This document shows positions 38,359-51,535 of a stretch of DNA of 64,000 bases, one piece after another (position 1 is the stretch's first letter; every line of letters begins with the position of its first letter). This DNA comes from Octopus sinensis (Eukaryota), in contig NC_043017.1 of the NCBI RefSeq assembly GCF_006345805.1, positions 25,916,001 through 25,980,000 on the forward strand, written 5' to 3'. The notes under the pieces were generated by a model. The model ran no database searches, was not told where the DNA came from, and was given only the letters and a program-made list of their open reading frames with translations. The position numbers and the translations under genes were made by a program.

Positions 38359-38953
38359 CATAGCGTGTGTGTATATGTGTATATCAATTTGTGCGTTGAG
38401 AGGTAGTTAATGAATATATGTTTCGACAGACTCCAAATAAAAGCACTAAATGTTTCGTGTAGCGTAAAATTTCAATATCAGATGTGGTGTTAAAACATCA
38501 AACACTAAACAGTTACTTACATTTCCTGTGTCTTCTTGTAAAGCTAAGTCCTATAGGTTTTCATAACTCAATTAACCGATTCCAGAACTAATATTTGAGA
38601 TCGTTGAGTGTGATTTACATGATAACAGTACAAATATTTGAGCTATGAGTAATTTGATTGGCTGTTGAAAATAACGCATCGACTCTGCAAGTGTGAAAAC
38701 CGAAACTGATTTTTTTTAAAAATCGACTTTCAAAACGTGTTTTAACAAATACAGAAAAATATACATACGTGCAAATTCAAAATAGACTAGAAAAGGTGGT
38801 GCATATACATATCACAATATATATTTATCTCTTTTTCTTGTTATTTTGTTTGTTTTGTATGTCTGCATATGAAAGCAAAACTTTTGTGTGGAAACACGGA
38901 GGAATATCAACAAATACATAAGTATATGTATGATAAATCCATACACGCGTACA

Positions 38954-38995
<42 letters not shown>

Positions 38996-38999
38996 ATAG

Positions 39000-39037
<38 letters not shown>

Positions 39038-39244
39038 TATATGCCTTTGTGCGTTTATAAATATATATATAGGGCCCAATAATAAAAAAGGAAGCAGAAA
39101 GGTAAATCATGTCTGGGTTCACTGTTATACATATTGAATACATACATACATGCTTACATACATACATACATTCATACATACGTACATACATACATACATA
39201 CATACAGTATGAACGGCCCAGAAGACATACCATCTACTTACTAA

Positions 39245-39790
39245 GGCGGCGAGCTGGTAGAATCATTAGCACGCCGGTCGAAATGCTCAGCGGTACGTTC
39301 TGAGTTCAAATTCCGCCGTGGTCGACTTTACCTTTCATCCTTTCGGGATCGATTAAATAAGTACCAGTTACGCACTGGGGTCGATATAATCGATTTAATC
39401 TGTTTGTCTGTCCTTGTTTGTCTCCTCTGTGTTTAGCCCCTTGTGGGTAGTAAAGAAATAAGTATTACGTCTACCGTTATGTTCTGAGTTCAAATTCCGC
39501 CGGGGTCGACTTTGCCTTTCATCCTTTCGGGGTCGATTAAATAAGTACCAGTTACGCACTGGGGATGATATAATCGACTTAATCCGTTTGTCTGTTCTTG
39601 ATTGTCCTCTCTGTGTTTAGCCACTTTTGGGTAGTCAAGAAATAGTTTTTTCGTCCGTTTTATGCTCTGAGTCCAAATTCCGCTGAAGTCGACTATGCCT
39701 TTTGCCCTTACAAGACCGATAAAATAAATAGCAATTGAGAACTGGTGTCGATATAATCGAATTAACTCCTCTCCCTGAAGCCAAAATTCG
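39245..39790 (+). mobile_element. Three SINE family B units in tandem
   Basis: Units start at 39245 (with tRNA head), 39467 and 39651 (both headless). Confidence 0.9.
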
Positions 39791-40402
39791 AAAGATTGTA
39801 TTCATTATCTTTGAACACATTTTCGGTCCATATAACACCGTCAAAACGTATTGTCTGCCCGAGACAATGGGAGACAACACTCATGCGAGTAGCAGGGCAC
39901 TGAATCTAAACTCCAATTCACATGATTGCAAAGGGGTATAGTTAACGACAAAGCCATGCTTGTGTATATGCCATGCTTGTGTATAGGCGCACCAAGTTAT
40001 GTATGGAATATATATTTGCTTGAAAGAGCCAGGTATTTCAGTAAAGCCTTTAAATCTCGTTTGGTTCCGAAATAAAGGAAAATAATATAAAATGATAAAA
40101 ACGTGTAGCTGTGAAATCTAACCAAATGTGTTGAATATATTTTATCTTCAATTCAAATATAAAATATATCTGGAGTGGATATGAATGGAAACTGAATGGA
40201 AACTGAGATAACAGGCAATAATCTGTGGAGAATTTGAATCTACGCACTTTTATGGCATAAGCATTACAGAAGAATTTAGAAATAGGAGATGAATAAATCT
40301 AGCTAAAATTCGGATTGATATACAGTATTATGAAGTATATTAGTATTACCATGTGAAATATGAGAATTCAAACACAAGCACGCAATGCCTACGCAACATA
40401 TC

Positions 40403-40882
40403 TATATTCAAGCCTCTTCTCCTTATCTTCTCAAAGACATACAGCATCTCGAAAGAGTCCAGAAGCTGGTTACCCGCATGGTTCATGGTCTCAAAAATTT
40501 GTCTTATGAAGAAAGGCTGAGGACGCTCGACCTTTATTCTCTAGAAAAACGCCGCCGCCCGGTGATCTCATTCCCCTCACAACATCATAAGCGGAAAGTG
40601 TAAGCTCTCGAAAGAGCTGTTCTCCTCACTCCTGCTCCAGCGTCGGCTGCGGGGTCATTCCGAAAAGCTCTACCTGCGACGATTTCATCTCAATCGAAAG
40701 AGAGGAGCTTTCTCCGTCCGGGTTGCGGATCCGTGGAACAAGCTGCCAGACGAGATAGTGAAGATGCCGACGATCGCTTTGTTCAAGTGGCCTCAAGTGG
40801 TCTGAATTCTTTACATGAACACTACTCTGTACTTAACTCCATGTCCCCCTACATGGCCTTGCTATTTGCTTTTGAGCCAAAT

Positions 40883-40918
<36 letters not shown>
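40403..40918 (+). mobile_element. 5'-truncated CR1/L2-group LINE: ORF2 C-terminus, 3' UTR and (TAAC)n tail
   Basis: Peptides SPYLLKDIQHLERVQKLVTRMVHGLKNLSYEERLRTLDLYSLEKRR, RGHSEKL and FSVRVADPWNKLP match the CR1 RT C-terminus. (TAAC)n tail at 40883-40918. Frameshifted. Confidence 0.9.
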
Positions 40919-40999
40919 ATGTCTGTATTGTATGTATCTGTATGTGAAGGAGTCTGTATATGTAGCCAACATAATTCAGACACGTTTTTTTTCTCTACT

Positions 41000-41125
41000 T
41001 TTAATCCTCTTCTCGTCTATGTTTTTGCGTTGAAGAGCAGAGTCTCGAAACGGTAAAGGCTTCCTTCACTTTTCTTATAACCTATTACAATCTGGTTGTT
41101 ATTCTTTCATCCAGTCTATGTAATT
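41000..41125 (+). mobile_element. Degenerate copy of the GAAGAGC..GCTCGAAACGT family
   Basis: gcgttgaagagcagagtctcgaaacggtaaag at about 41027-41058. Confidence 0.45.
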
Positions 41126-41214
41126 TCAGATCATATTTGAATGTGAGAGCGCGTGTATACATACATATACATATATATATATATATATTATATATATATG
41201 TGTGTGTGTGTGAC

Positions 41215-41410
41215 CGCGTGTGTACCGTTGGCGATTTTTTTCCCTCTGTCTTCCCTTCTCTGGATCTTTCCTTCTCCTATGTTTCCGACGAAGAGCTCCG
41301 CTCGAAACGTTAAACCCTCCTTCTTTCCTTCTTTCCTGAGCGTCCAATAATACTATATTTGTTCCACGTCTTCGCGTTGTTGTGTTTTTTTGTGCTTTCT
41401 TGTTTGGAAT
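41215..41410 (+). mobile_element. Hammerhead-like-motif element inserted in a (TA)n/(TG)n tract
   Basis: Homologous to 29000-29139. Confidence 0.75.
41281..41315 (+). ncRNA. Minimal type I hammerhead-like motif with a U4C core variant
   Basis: GTTT-CCGACGA-A-GAGC(tcc)GCTC-GAAA-CG-TT-AAAC. Stem I GUUU/AAAC, stem II GAGC/GCUC, palindromic ACGU stem III. Confidence 0.5.
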
Positions 41411-41872
41411 AACTATATATATATATATATATATGCATATGTCTGTGCATATATGTATATAAACATATGCATGTACGTATTTATTAATTTGTGACGTAAA
41501 TTCTAAAAGGAAGAGGAGGATGAAATCCATATTAGAAATAAAATCTGGTGGGAAAATCGAAAATGCGCTCTTAACTAAATTCTTCATACCCATACTAACC
41601 CCTTCAATTTTCAGTTAGGAATATTCCAAGGATAAGATTGATATTATCTACTCCTATGAGACTCATTGAATTTTATGTGAATATTTGATTCCTTAAGCAT
41701 GTTTGTTCGTTTTCTACTTTGTAAATTGAACTCTGTTCAAATCTCATTGATATACACTCGTGCCATTGATAAAGAAACAAATGTTGAAACTATCTTTGTG
41801 TGTATGTGAATAAATGTATTTTAAAAATAAGAAGTATTTTTTAAAAATCAGATTGCACAATTGAAAAAAAAG

Positions 41873-41925
<53 letters not shown>

Positions 41926-41935
41926 GCACCACCAA

Positions 41936-42000
41936 ATGGCGGTGCCCCAGCATGGCCACCGCGTGAGCTGAAACTAGATAAAATAAAATAAAAAATAAAT
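41936..42000 (+). mobile_element. Solo SINE-A/LINE-like 3' tail
   Basis: atggcggtgccccagcatggccaccgcgtgagctgaaactagataaaataaaa. Confidence 0.65.
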
Positions 42001-42321
42001 AAATATATATATATATATTTCTCAAGTGTAAGCGATATATAGATATGAATTGCGATAAAAATCTGTTGTCATAGTTGTATAACATACAAAAAATCATAAT
42101 ACAAATTCAACAATCAAAACAAATAACAGTCTCAGTTCACGTTTTTTTTGTCCAGAGGTCATTGTAAAATATTTTACTTTATTTAATTTGTGAAAACAAT
42201 GTGTATTCATGTCTGTATTTGTGGTCTATATCACTGTAATTCTCCATTACTCTGTCTGTAGGCCTGTTTTTCTGCCTGCCTTGTTATGTGTCAATTTTGC
42301 TATCGTTATACACATAAATGG

Positions 42322-42704
42322 TGGAAGCACTCCGTCGGTTACGACGATGAGGGTTCCGGTTGATCCAAATCAACGGAACAGCCTGCTCGTGAAATTAACG
42401 TGTAAGTGGCTGAGCACTCCACAGACACGTGTACCCTTAACGTAGTTCTCGGGGATATTCAGCGTGACACAGAGATTGACAAGGCCGGCCCTTTGAAATA
42501 CAGGTACAACAGAAACAGGATGTAAGAGCGAGAGAAAGTTGTGGTGAAAGAGTACAGCAGAGATCACCACCATCCCCTGCCGGAGCCTCGTGGAGCTTTA
42601 GGTGTTTTCGCTCAATAAACACTCACAACAACCGGTCTGGGAATCGAAACCGCGATCCTATGACCGTGAGTCCGCTGTCCTAACCACTGGGCACTTGCGC
42701 CTCC
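42322..42704 (-). mobile_element. SINE family C, full length, with TSD
   Basis: Reverse complement of 5194-5576. TSD acacataaat at 42310-42319 and 42705-42714. Confidence 0.93.
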
Positions 42705-42789
42705 ACACATAAATACACACACACACACGCATACATATATATATGTATATACATCTACAAATATGTATATATATATGTATATGTATATA

Positions 42790-42831
<42 letters not shown>

Positions 42832-42932
42832 AAATTGCTATGGCCGGATTTCCGGCTCGGCACCCGAAACTCGGAGTCTTATCATGGATACCGAATAATT
42901 GTCACATATTACACACACACACACACACACCA

Positions 42933-42971
<39 letters not shown>

Positions 42972-42979
42972 CATATTTA

Positions 42980-43110
42980 GGGAGAATTCACAAAAACACA
43001 CAGGTGGTGTAGACAAAAAAAAACAGATGTATTCGTATAACGCTGGGGAAGTGAAAAATTGATTAACGTTTCGAGCCTACGCTCTTCCACACAAAGAAAC
43101 AAGGAGATAT
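42980..43110 (-). mobile_element. GAAGAGC-gtag-GCTCGAAACGT family element (hammerhead-like, core degenerate)
   Basis: Minus strand tgtggaagagcgtaggctcgaaacgttaa at about 43063-43092. Confidence 0.6.
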
Positions 43111-43317
43111 ATGTAAACACTGTGGACATTCTCATGTAAAAGATTGAGACAATCTTTTCAAATTATGTCGTAAGTGTATATAACAACACATTTTCATACC
43201 TATCCATGCGTGTAGAGTTTCCGCTTTAGAGAGAGACACACAAGAGACATACATATACACGCATCAATCATAACCACACATATATTCATAGCTCTACAGT
43301 TTTAAGTCTATCCATCA

Positions 43318-43364
<47 letters not shown>

Positions 43365-43967
43365 CATATATATATATATATATATTATAGTAATATATAT
43401 TATATATATATTATATTATATATCCTTATATAGATACATACATACGCAAGTATTTACATGAGGTGTGAGTGTGTGTCAGTGTATATGTGCGTGTGTATAT
43501 GCGTGAATGCAGTTACTTCGAAGTACGTGCGTGTCGTTCATCTACTTAATATTTTCTCACTATAAAATTGAATAATGCGACAAAATTGGCGATATAGAAT
43601 GCAACTTGATAATGATACGAGATCATCTACACTGTGCTAAAACTTATTCTCACTCCTTCTTCCTTTCCTCTCTCTCTCTTACGCTTTCTCTCCCTCTTCC
43701 TCTTCCTCTCTTTCCTTTTCTCTTTAATCCTCTTTATCTACATATATTGTAACACGATATTGTTCCTCTTTATTTCTTTCGTGGTTGTTATTTGTTGTTA
43801 TTATGCTGCGAACATAAATATTGAATTAGAGAAAATGGGAAACAAATTATTGATAAAATTGAAGTATGGCAAAATACGATACACATAAGATTAATGATAA
43901 CATTTCGGTGAAATATTATGTAAAGAACAAAAAAAGACATCATATTTCTGTGTATGTGCATGTAAGT

Positions 43968-43969
<2 letters not shown>

Positions 43970-44047
<78 letters not shown>

Positions 44048-44530
44048 ATGTATATATATATATATATGATGTATATATATACATATATATATAGAAATAA
44101 TATATGATATATATATATATGCATATATATATATTGTATATATATATATATGCATATATATATATATATGCATATATATATATATATGTTATATATAGAT
44201 ATATTTATATATATATATATTTATATTATATGTATATATATATATTACATATATATATATGCATATATATGTATATATAAACACACAACACATATAATAT
44301 ATCTATCTATCTATATATATATCAATGTATGTGTACAATATAAGACAAAATTCTTGATATATTTCTCTTTGCGACGTTATGTATGTAAATATATATATAT
44401 GTGTATATCATATATATATATAATATATTATATATGTAATATATATAATATATATATACATATATAGATATATATAGTTACATATATGCATGTTTATATA
44501 TATATTATATATATATAAATATATCATCAT
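43970..44530. repeat. Long degenerate (TA)n tract
   Basis: Seen directly. Confidence 0.95.
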
Positions 44531-45822
44531 ATACCTGCATATATGTAGACATGCACGCTAACACAGGCACACGTCACACACGTACACACACACCCGCGCG
44601 CTTACACACACCTAGGTGTGTAGATACATGTCGCTTGTGTATGTACTCGCAAGCGTACGTATATACTATACTTTATAGATCTGTGCATTTAAAAGAGAAA
44701 TACACAAGGACTTTTTGATTCATCGAAATGAAGTGGTTTTCTCCACTTCAGCCTTTTCTGTTTAAGGCTTTACATCCCAAAACGCTAGCGTTTGCTCATT
44801 TAACTCAGGAAGTCATCTATAATCTAAGAGATGCACGATCAAAGAATTTCCCACCGCCGTCTCTCAATGGCATCACAGATAACCATGGACCAAAAACTCA
44901 ATCGGTTTCTCTTCAAGGCCGCCATTATCTTTCCTGATATTTGCAACGCGTATCTGAAAGATAAATATAAATCTTTTGAATGAGAAATGATTTACAAAAT
45001 TCTGTCTCGTCCATTTTGCAAATGCTTCAAGTCTTAACTGATAATAGAATAAAGTGCGTTGGCATTTCTACATTTCATAGAGTCTTGTTTTTCATATCTT
45101 CTTAACATTTCTTTCAATCACATTCAAATATCCAAGATGGCGGTAATCATGTGAGTTTGAGCTTCGATAACTAGATATCGTTTATTTTTAAGTTAAAGTT
45201 TGCGATACGAACGGAAAAATCTTTCATTATATTCTAAGATACACTTGAATAAATATTATAATATAATACCTTCAGAAAATCGATGAGTTAAGGAGCTTTA
45301 AGGAAATATTCAAAATTTAGTGTAAAATAAGGAATTCCAGTATATCTAAAAGAAAGCGTATTTGCACATAATCAAGTGGTTTTCATTGAACATATTCAAG
45401 TATATTAGAAACGATAAGGGCGTAAGCAGATCACATGGTACATAACTAGGAACGGACACTTCAGGTATAGGGTTAATCCCTCCTTCTCTTCTGTGTTTAT
45501 CTTTCTAACATATCCCGAGTCTCTCTCTCGCTCTCTCTCTCTATCTCAATGTCACTATCTATCTCTCTGTATATAGATAATATAGATATAAGAATATATA
45601 CGGGTTTGCAGTAAATGTAAAACTGTTTGTGTATATAAGTACACATACATACGTACATCCATACATGCATACATACATATATACGTACGTATATACATAC
45701 ATAAGTACATACATACATAACTACGTACATACATACGTACCAACATACTGTTTTACTGATATCAATAATTCGATTGTGAATACGTTGAGTGTGCAATATC
45801 ACCTCATCTTGTTGACTTTTTC

Positions 45823-45823
<1 letters not shown>

Positions 45824-45861
<38 letters not shown>

Positions 45862-45915
45862 CATCTATCTATCTATCTATCTATCTAAGTATCTATATAT
45901 ATCTATCTATCTATC

Positions 45916-45956
<41 letters not shown>

Positions 45957-45970
45957 ATATGTCTATGTGT

Positions 45971-46002
<32 letters not shown>

Positions 46003-46065
46003 GTCTGTCTATGTGTCTATCTAAGAATCTATCTATCTATCTTTCTTTCTATCTATCTATCTATC
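45824..46065. repeat. (TATC)n microsatellite
   Basis: Seen directly. Confidence 0.97.
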
Positions 46066-46146
46066 ATGTGTGCATGCTTATATACATACGTAGTGTCGTA
46101 TACACACACACACATACACACACCCATATATATATATATATATATA

Positions 46147-47827
46147 TCTTGTTATAAAAGGCAGATTTTATCTGCCTCCCTTTGTAACTTATAGAAATCT
46201 ACAATATAGGATTTCTACAATTACAATTTACCTAGCATTTTTAAGAGTAGAATGCATCGGGTCATGCCAGGTCCAGTTTTTAAAATTTAAACTCCATTTA
46301 AGCAAACAAAATTTACAGAAAACTCACATTCTGGTGTGTATGTCAAATGCTTTTCTTAATGTGGTTTACACCACCACACGCACACGCACACCACATGTGC
46401 AACGAATAAAATGAAAGTAATTGGAAGAGAGTAAATAGCGACAGAGTGATTTGAGGAAGACTAAACTGAAAGTATTTAAACCACTACTCAAAAAATAAAA
46501 AAACACAGCAACAGAAACAAATAAATACATAACGATTTACTCCTCACACAATTTCTTCAATTAGAGTTTACCTAAGATTTTTCAAAGTACTCCATTCGGT
46601 CATGCCATAATATATTTCTTTCAATTTCACCCCCAATTAAGACAAAATTCGAGAAAACTCACTATTTTAACATTTCACTCCGAAAGCATTGATGTACATG
46701 TGTGCGTGGGCGTGAGTGTGGTGTGTGTGTGTGTGTGTGTGTTGATGGGTTGTGCGACACAGAAAGTGTGGTGTGTAAGTGAAGTGCTTTTGTTAGTGTG
46801 TGAAAGAGACAGACAGAGTGAAAGACAGAAATAACTGAACTTTTTTTATCCACTTTTTGTAGTGAGTGACTGAGAGAGAAAAGAGAGAGAGAGGTTATGT
46901 ATGTATATATTATGCATGGCTTCAGTGACACACACACACAAAAACACATACCTACGTACACCTAAAGCACGCACACACACACACCACAAGCGGAGCGCGA
47001 ACTTCAAAATTTTGGTAGTATAATTTGCGAGCGTACTTCTAAGCGCGCGTAATTGAAAGTTTTCACTATGATATCATCACGTGCGAAAAAATTCGAAGGG
47101 TTTTGAACAATTGAGATACAGATGTCACGCCTGTATTGAAACCATTGCTAAGCTGCCGTAATTGCTTAATTAAGACTTTGTTTAAATTGAAAGGGGCAAA
47201 TATGTGACGAGGTTGAAAAAAAATACCCCAGAAAAAAAATGTACTGCTGGTATTTATATAATTCACTACTATTTTGCTACAATGTCATGAAAAGAAAAGA
47301 TTTAGGTATGTAAATCGAATTCGCCACCCCCTTTTCCCCGTTCGCGTTTGTGTAAAAAAATTATTTTAAGTTTTAAAAATTATTTACTTGTTCAAAAAAT
47401 ATTAATATAATTAATTTTCAAGAATTATTTAATTTTATTCTGTAAAATAGTAATTAATTCATTTATCTGTAAATCCGCGAGGTTGTTACTCAGGCACCTA
47501 GAATGGTAACCTTCAACTAACACTATCTCCTCCGAGACCCTGCGGCGCAAGTTGACCAAAATTGAGAGTATGGTAGAAGAAGGGTTGCTCTTCCTTCCGT
47601 AGAACATAAAATTCAAATCGGACCATGTTAACACCAAAAATTATTTACATCAAAAAGATGCTTTTTTTCTATGAAAATCCCTATTTTTTACGATTTTTTC
47701 ACTGCTGTGTCGCCACTTTTTTCGGTGTATTTCGACCAGAAAAATGTTCACAAAATTTTTATACTTTTCAAAATTACAATTCCAGCGGGTCGAAACAAAC
47801 CCGAGCAACGCCGGGCGATACTGCTAG
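46147..47827 (+). mobile_element. Probable non-autonomous Helitron
   Basis: 3' end cccgagcaacgccggg (47800-47815) then CTAG (47824-47827) followed by T, the canonical Helitron terminus. Candidate 5' end A|TC ttgttataaaa at 46147. No TSD, (TA)n on both sides. The 5' boundary is less certain. Confidence 0.7.
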
Positions 47828-47846
47828 TATATATAATATATATATA

Positions 47847-47893
<47 letters not shown>

Positions 47894-48160
47894 TATATAT
47901 ATATATATATAGATATATATATATATATATATATATACATTGAGCTACATGACATCAGTTTGTTGTTCAACATGTCTATGATGTCTACGTTCAACTTCAT
48001 TTGAATAGTTCCTGAAGGCTAGTAGTAGTCCATGACGTATGACGTAATCCACAATATTGTGCAGCTCTCACATTGAATATGTTTCTTCTGAAACAATTGT
48101 CACATGACGTAAAACCCATTCGTTTGTCATCCACTAAAATATGCATATATATACATATAC

Positions 48161-48194
<34 letters not shown>

Positions 48195-48201
48195 GTATTT
48201 G

Positions 48202-48266
<65 letters not shown>

Positions 48267-48269
48267 TTG

Positions 48270-48308
<39 letters not shown>

Positions 48309-48351
48309 CACACATATATATATATATATGTGTGTGTGTGCATATATATAT

Positions 48352-48635
48352 GGAGGCGCAAAGTGCCAGTGGTTAGGGTAGCGACCTTGCGGTCGGAGGA
48401 TCGAGGTTTCGATTCCCAGACCGCGCGTTCTATGTGTTTATTGAACGAAAACACCTAAAAAGTTCCACGAGGCTCCGGCAGGGTTTGGTGGCCCTCTGTG
48501 TTGTACTCTTTCGCCACAACTTTCTCTCAGTCTCTCTTCCTGTTTCTTGAGTAACGCTGCGATGGACTGGGGGGGACACATACGCCACAGAAACCTGGAA
48601 ACCGGGCCCATGAGCCTGGCTACGCTTGAAAAGGG
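48352..48635 (+). mobile_element. SINE with a family C head and body but a different 3' tail
   Basis: Follows family C to ttcctgtttct (about 48547), then gagtaacgctgcgatggactgg...gaaaccgggcccatgagcctgg. Confidence 0.85.
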
Positions 48636-48648
48636 AGACGAAAAAGAT

Positions 48649-48697
<49 letters not shown>

Positions 48698-50801
48698 CTC
48701 TGTTGTGTGTGTGTGTGTGTGTGTGTAGCTTTGTCTTGTGTGTGTGTATTTTTTTTAGTAGATTAGGTTTTGAGTTTTGTGCAACTGCAATCTCGATGCC
48801 CTCTAATTATCCTCTTGCTCACTCCTGCTCCCCCTCGCTCAGTCCCATCTCATTTACATTCACAAGATCTCTCCAAATATATCTGATATGTATATATGCA
48901 TATAAACGACTCTCCCCCATATACTTATTCACAACATATATACTAGTGTATAAATAGTCCAAAATGGATATAGTATCTGAAATTTTATATGTAACTTCTG
49001 AAATCTTCCTATCTATGACGTTCTGAAAAGAATATTCTTACATCTTTCTGATCTTCTTTCTTCTACTCTCTTCATAACAAGAGTTGCATGAGAAATTCTG
49101 TCTGTTTTCTTTTTTGTATTTTCTATCCCCAAATATCATTAGACATGCATACAAATATTTCTGGTATTAATTTCCTTACAAACTATTTATGATTTGTATT
49201 TTTTTTAGATGAAGTTTATAATTTTTTTTTATTTTTTGTATTCGTTTCAATGTAGATATTAGTCTATTGTACAACATGAATATAGAAGGTGACCAAACAA
49301 AGCATTTCTTTCATAATACTAACGCCTAGCATCATAAAGGATGTAATATCAATATTTGTCTCTCTTTCTCTCTACCTGTCTGGCTGTCTCTCTTATATAT
49401 TTTTTGTTTATAAATATTATTGAAATGTTTTATAGCTATCGTATAATAAGTAATATTATTGCGAAGCTCGCTTTTGTGTATTTGTTTGATGTGGTGTTAT
49501 CTTCATCTCGCCAAGAACAAATTGGATGGCTTTGTGTTTTCAATTATGAAATGAATAGTTGAAATATATGTTGTAGTGTGTCCTTACAGCTCCACATAAC
49601 ATACTAATACGTATATAGATATATATGTGTGTGGATGTGAGTGTGTGTGTGCGTGTATTTACATATATCTATTTCTGTATTATTTCCTTTTTTTGTGTAG
49701 GCATTGCTAATGTAAAAACCTATACTGATATTTCCATATTCATTCGTATCTCAAATAACATATCCTGAAGTTCGTATTGACATTCAGCAAAGCCTTGTAA
49801 AGGAACGATTTCTATTTACAAAGATTGATGATTTGTCGTGCCATCTGTTGTATAACAGCATCAGCGGGATATTGTAACTGATATAAATCTTGACATCCTG
49901 TTAATTAAACCTATCATGATTTTACCGAAGCAATTTACAAACGAGGAAATTCCGTAAATGACTGTAAACTAGGAATCGGATATCCTCCAATGTTAAGGGT
50001 TTTGTTAATTAGCAGAATCTATATATTACATCTAATCCAGTTCGTTGTCTGCAGACTTAAGAATAATAGCATTTTTCATTAAATATTTATTAATTGACTT
50101 TTACAGATATCCCGTATAGATCGTATCTCAGTTTATCTAACGATTAATTATATTGTACTCTGTCCATGTTTAAGAGATTTAAAATATAAGAGCTTAAGCC
50201 ATGTAGTAGTAATTCTGCATCAGTTCATGGTAGGTTGAAGTCTGTAAGAATTAAAGCAATTGTATACTTGATGAATCTTTCGTTAGCTTCCAGTGACAAG
50301 CTAAACAGCTTATCCGGATATAGCTTGGATATAGCTTGAAGAAGATAAATACCATTACATGCTAAGTTCATTAGGATATATCACACAATAAAGACATCGT
50401 TTTCCATGTCTCTCAATTGATAGAGCATCTCAGAAATCCTTTAACGACAGATTAGGCTTTGTGAAAAGCCTTCTGTTAAGTTCTGTCCATTATATTTACA
50501 ATTCTCAAGTTTTATCATTGCTTATTCTACATAAACTGAAGCACTATAAATTCAAGTATTACTTTGATATCCTTACCGTTAGACACCTGTCATGAAATGA
50601 AACACGTGTAACGCGGAATTAAGACTAAACGAAGATTTTGTGTTCTTCGCTATGTAATTATTTTGAAAACAGAATCTCCCATAAATTTCAAATGTTATAT
50701 ACATGGCTTGCAAAACAAAACATCTATATGCACCCATTAATGTTAATGTGCAGATGTGCCTCATGTGGATACACCTTCCATCAAAAGTGCTCATCTACCC
50801 G

Positions 50802-50850
<49 letters not shown>

Positions 50851-50852
<2 letters not shown>

Positions 50853-51043
50853 GTAAGCCCTCGACTATCGCGGGTGTTACATTCCAAAACCTCACGCGAT
50901 AGGTGAAATTATATATACCTATCGGCTGCAGAAACCTGCGATATACTGAGGAGTCCGCAATATAAATTTACGTATATTACCCAGAAAATCCGCGTCTTAC
51001 TGAGTATGAGAGAGGTGAAACGTGATATGGCAAGGGATTACTG
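50851..51043. mobile_element. Pogo/Tigger-like MITE, about 193 bp
   Basis: TIRs cagtaagccctcgactatcgcg and cgtgatatggcaagggattactg; inserted in (TA)n. Confidence 0.8.
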
Positions 51044-51359
51044 TATATATATATATATATATACACATACACATATTACTCACGCACATACATATATACT
51101 TATGTATACACATAGTGGAAAAAGATTATTTTACGGGTATATTTTTACATTTCACTCAGCCTTCTGTTATGAAGTTAGGTATTAGAGTTATTGTTTGAAA
51201 ATTAAATGTGAACTAATTCCCCTATGAAGGTGTTTACTAATTAACCGTTACCGTGTTAATCAATAATGGTATAAAGTTCTTGATTAAGTAATGTAATATC
51301 TATTGAAAAACTATATTTACTTTAAAGTAATTACTATAAATTAATCGAAAATTTTTATT

Positions 51360-51535
51360 GACTCCCGTCGGTCATGTATGACCGTGTGATGGTACCTCCT
51401 TTATGGAATACCAGCAGCAGCCCATGCATACCAGTCTACCCTCGTCATGCCACTGATGTTATCCAAGTGAAACGCAAAGGTCGATACAGCTTGGCACCTG
51501 TGACATCGTAAATAATTTCTAACGCTGAAAGAGTA
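51360..51535 (+). mobile_element. Interspersed repeat fragment, family not determined
   Basis: GC-richer island (gcccatgcataccag...gatacagcttggcacc) recalled as an octopus repeat. Single copy in the window. Confidence 0.3.

Noticed and set aside
40883-40918. (TAAC)n as an interstitial telomere
   Set aside because: Not TTAGGG; it is the tail of the CR1-type LINE.
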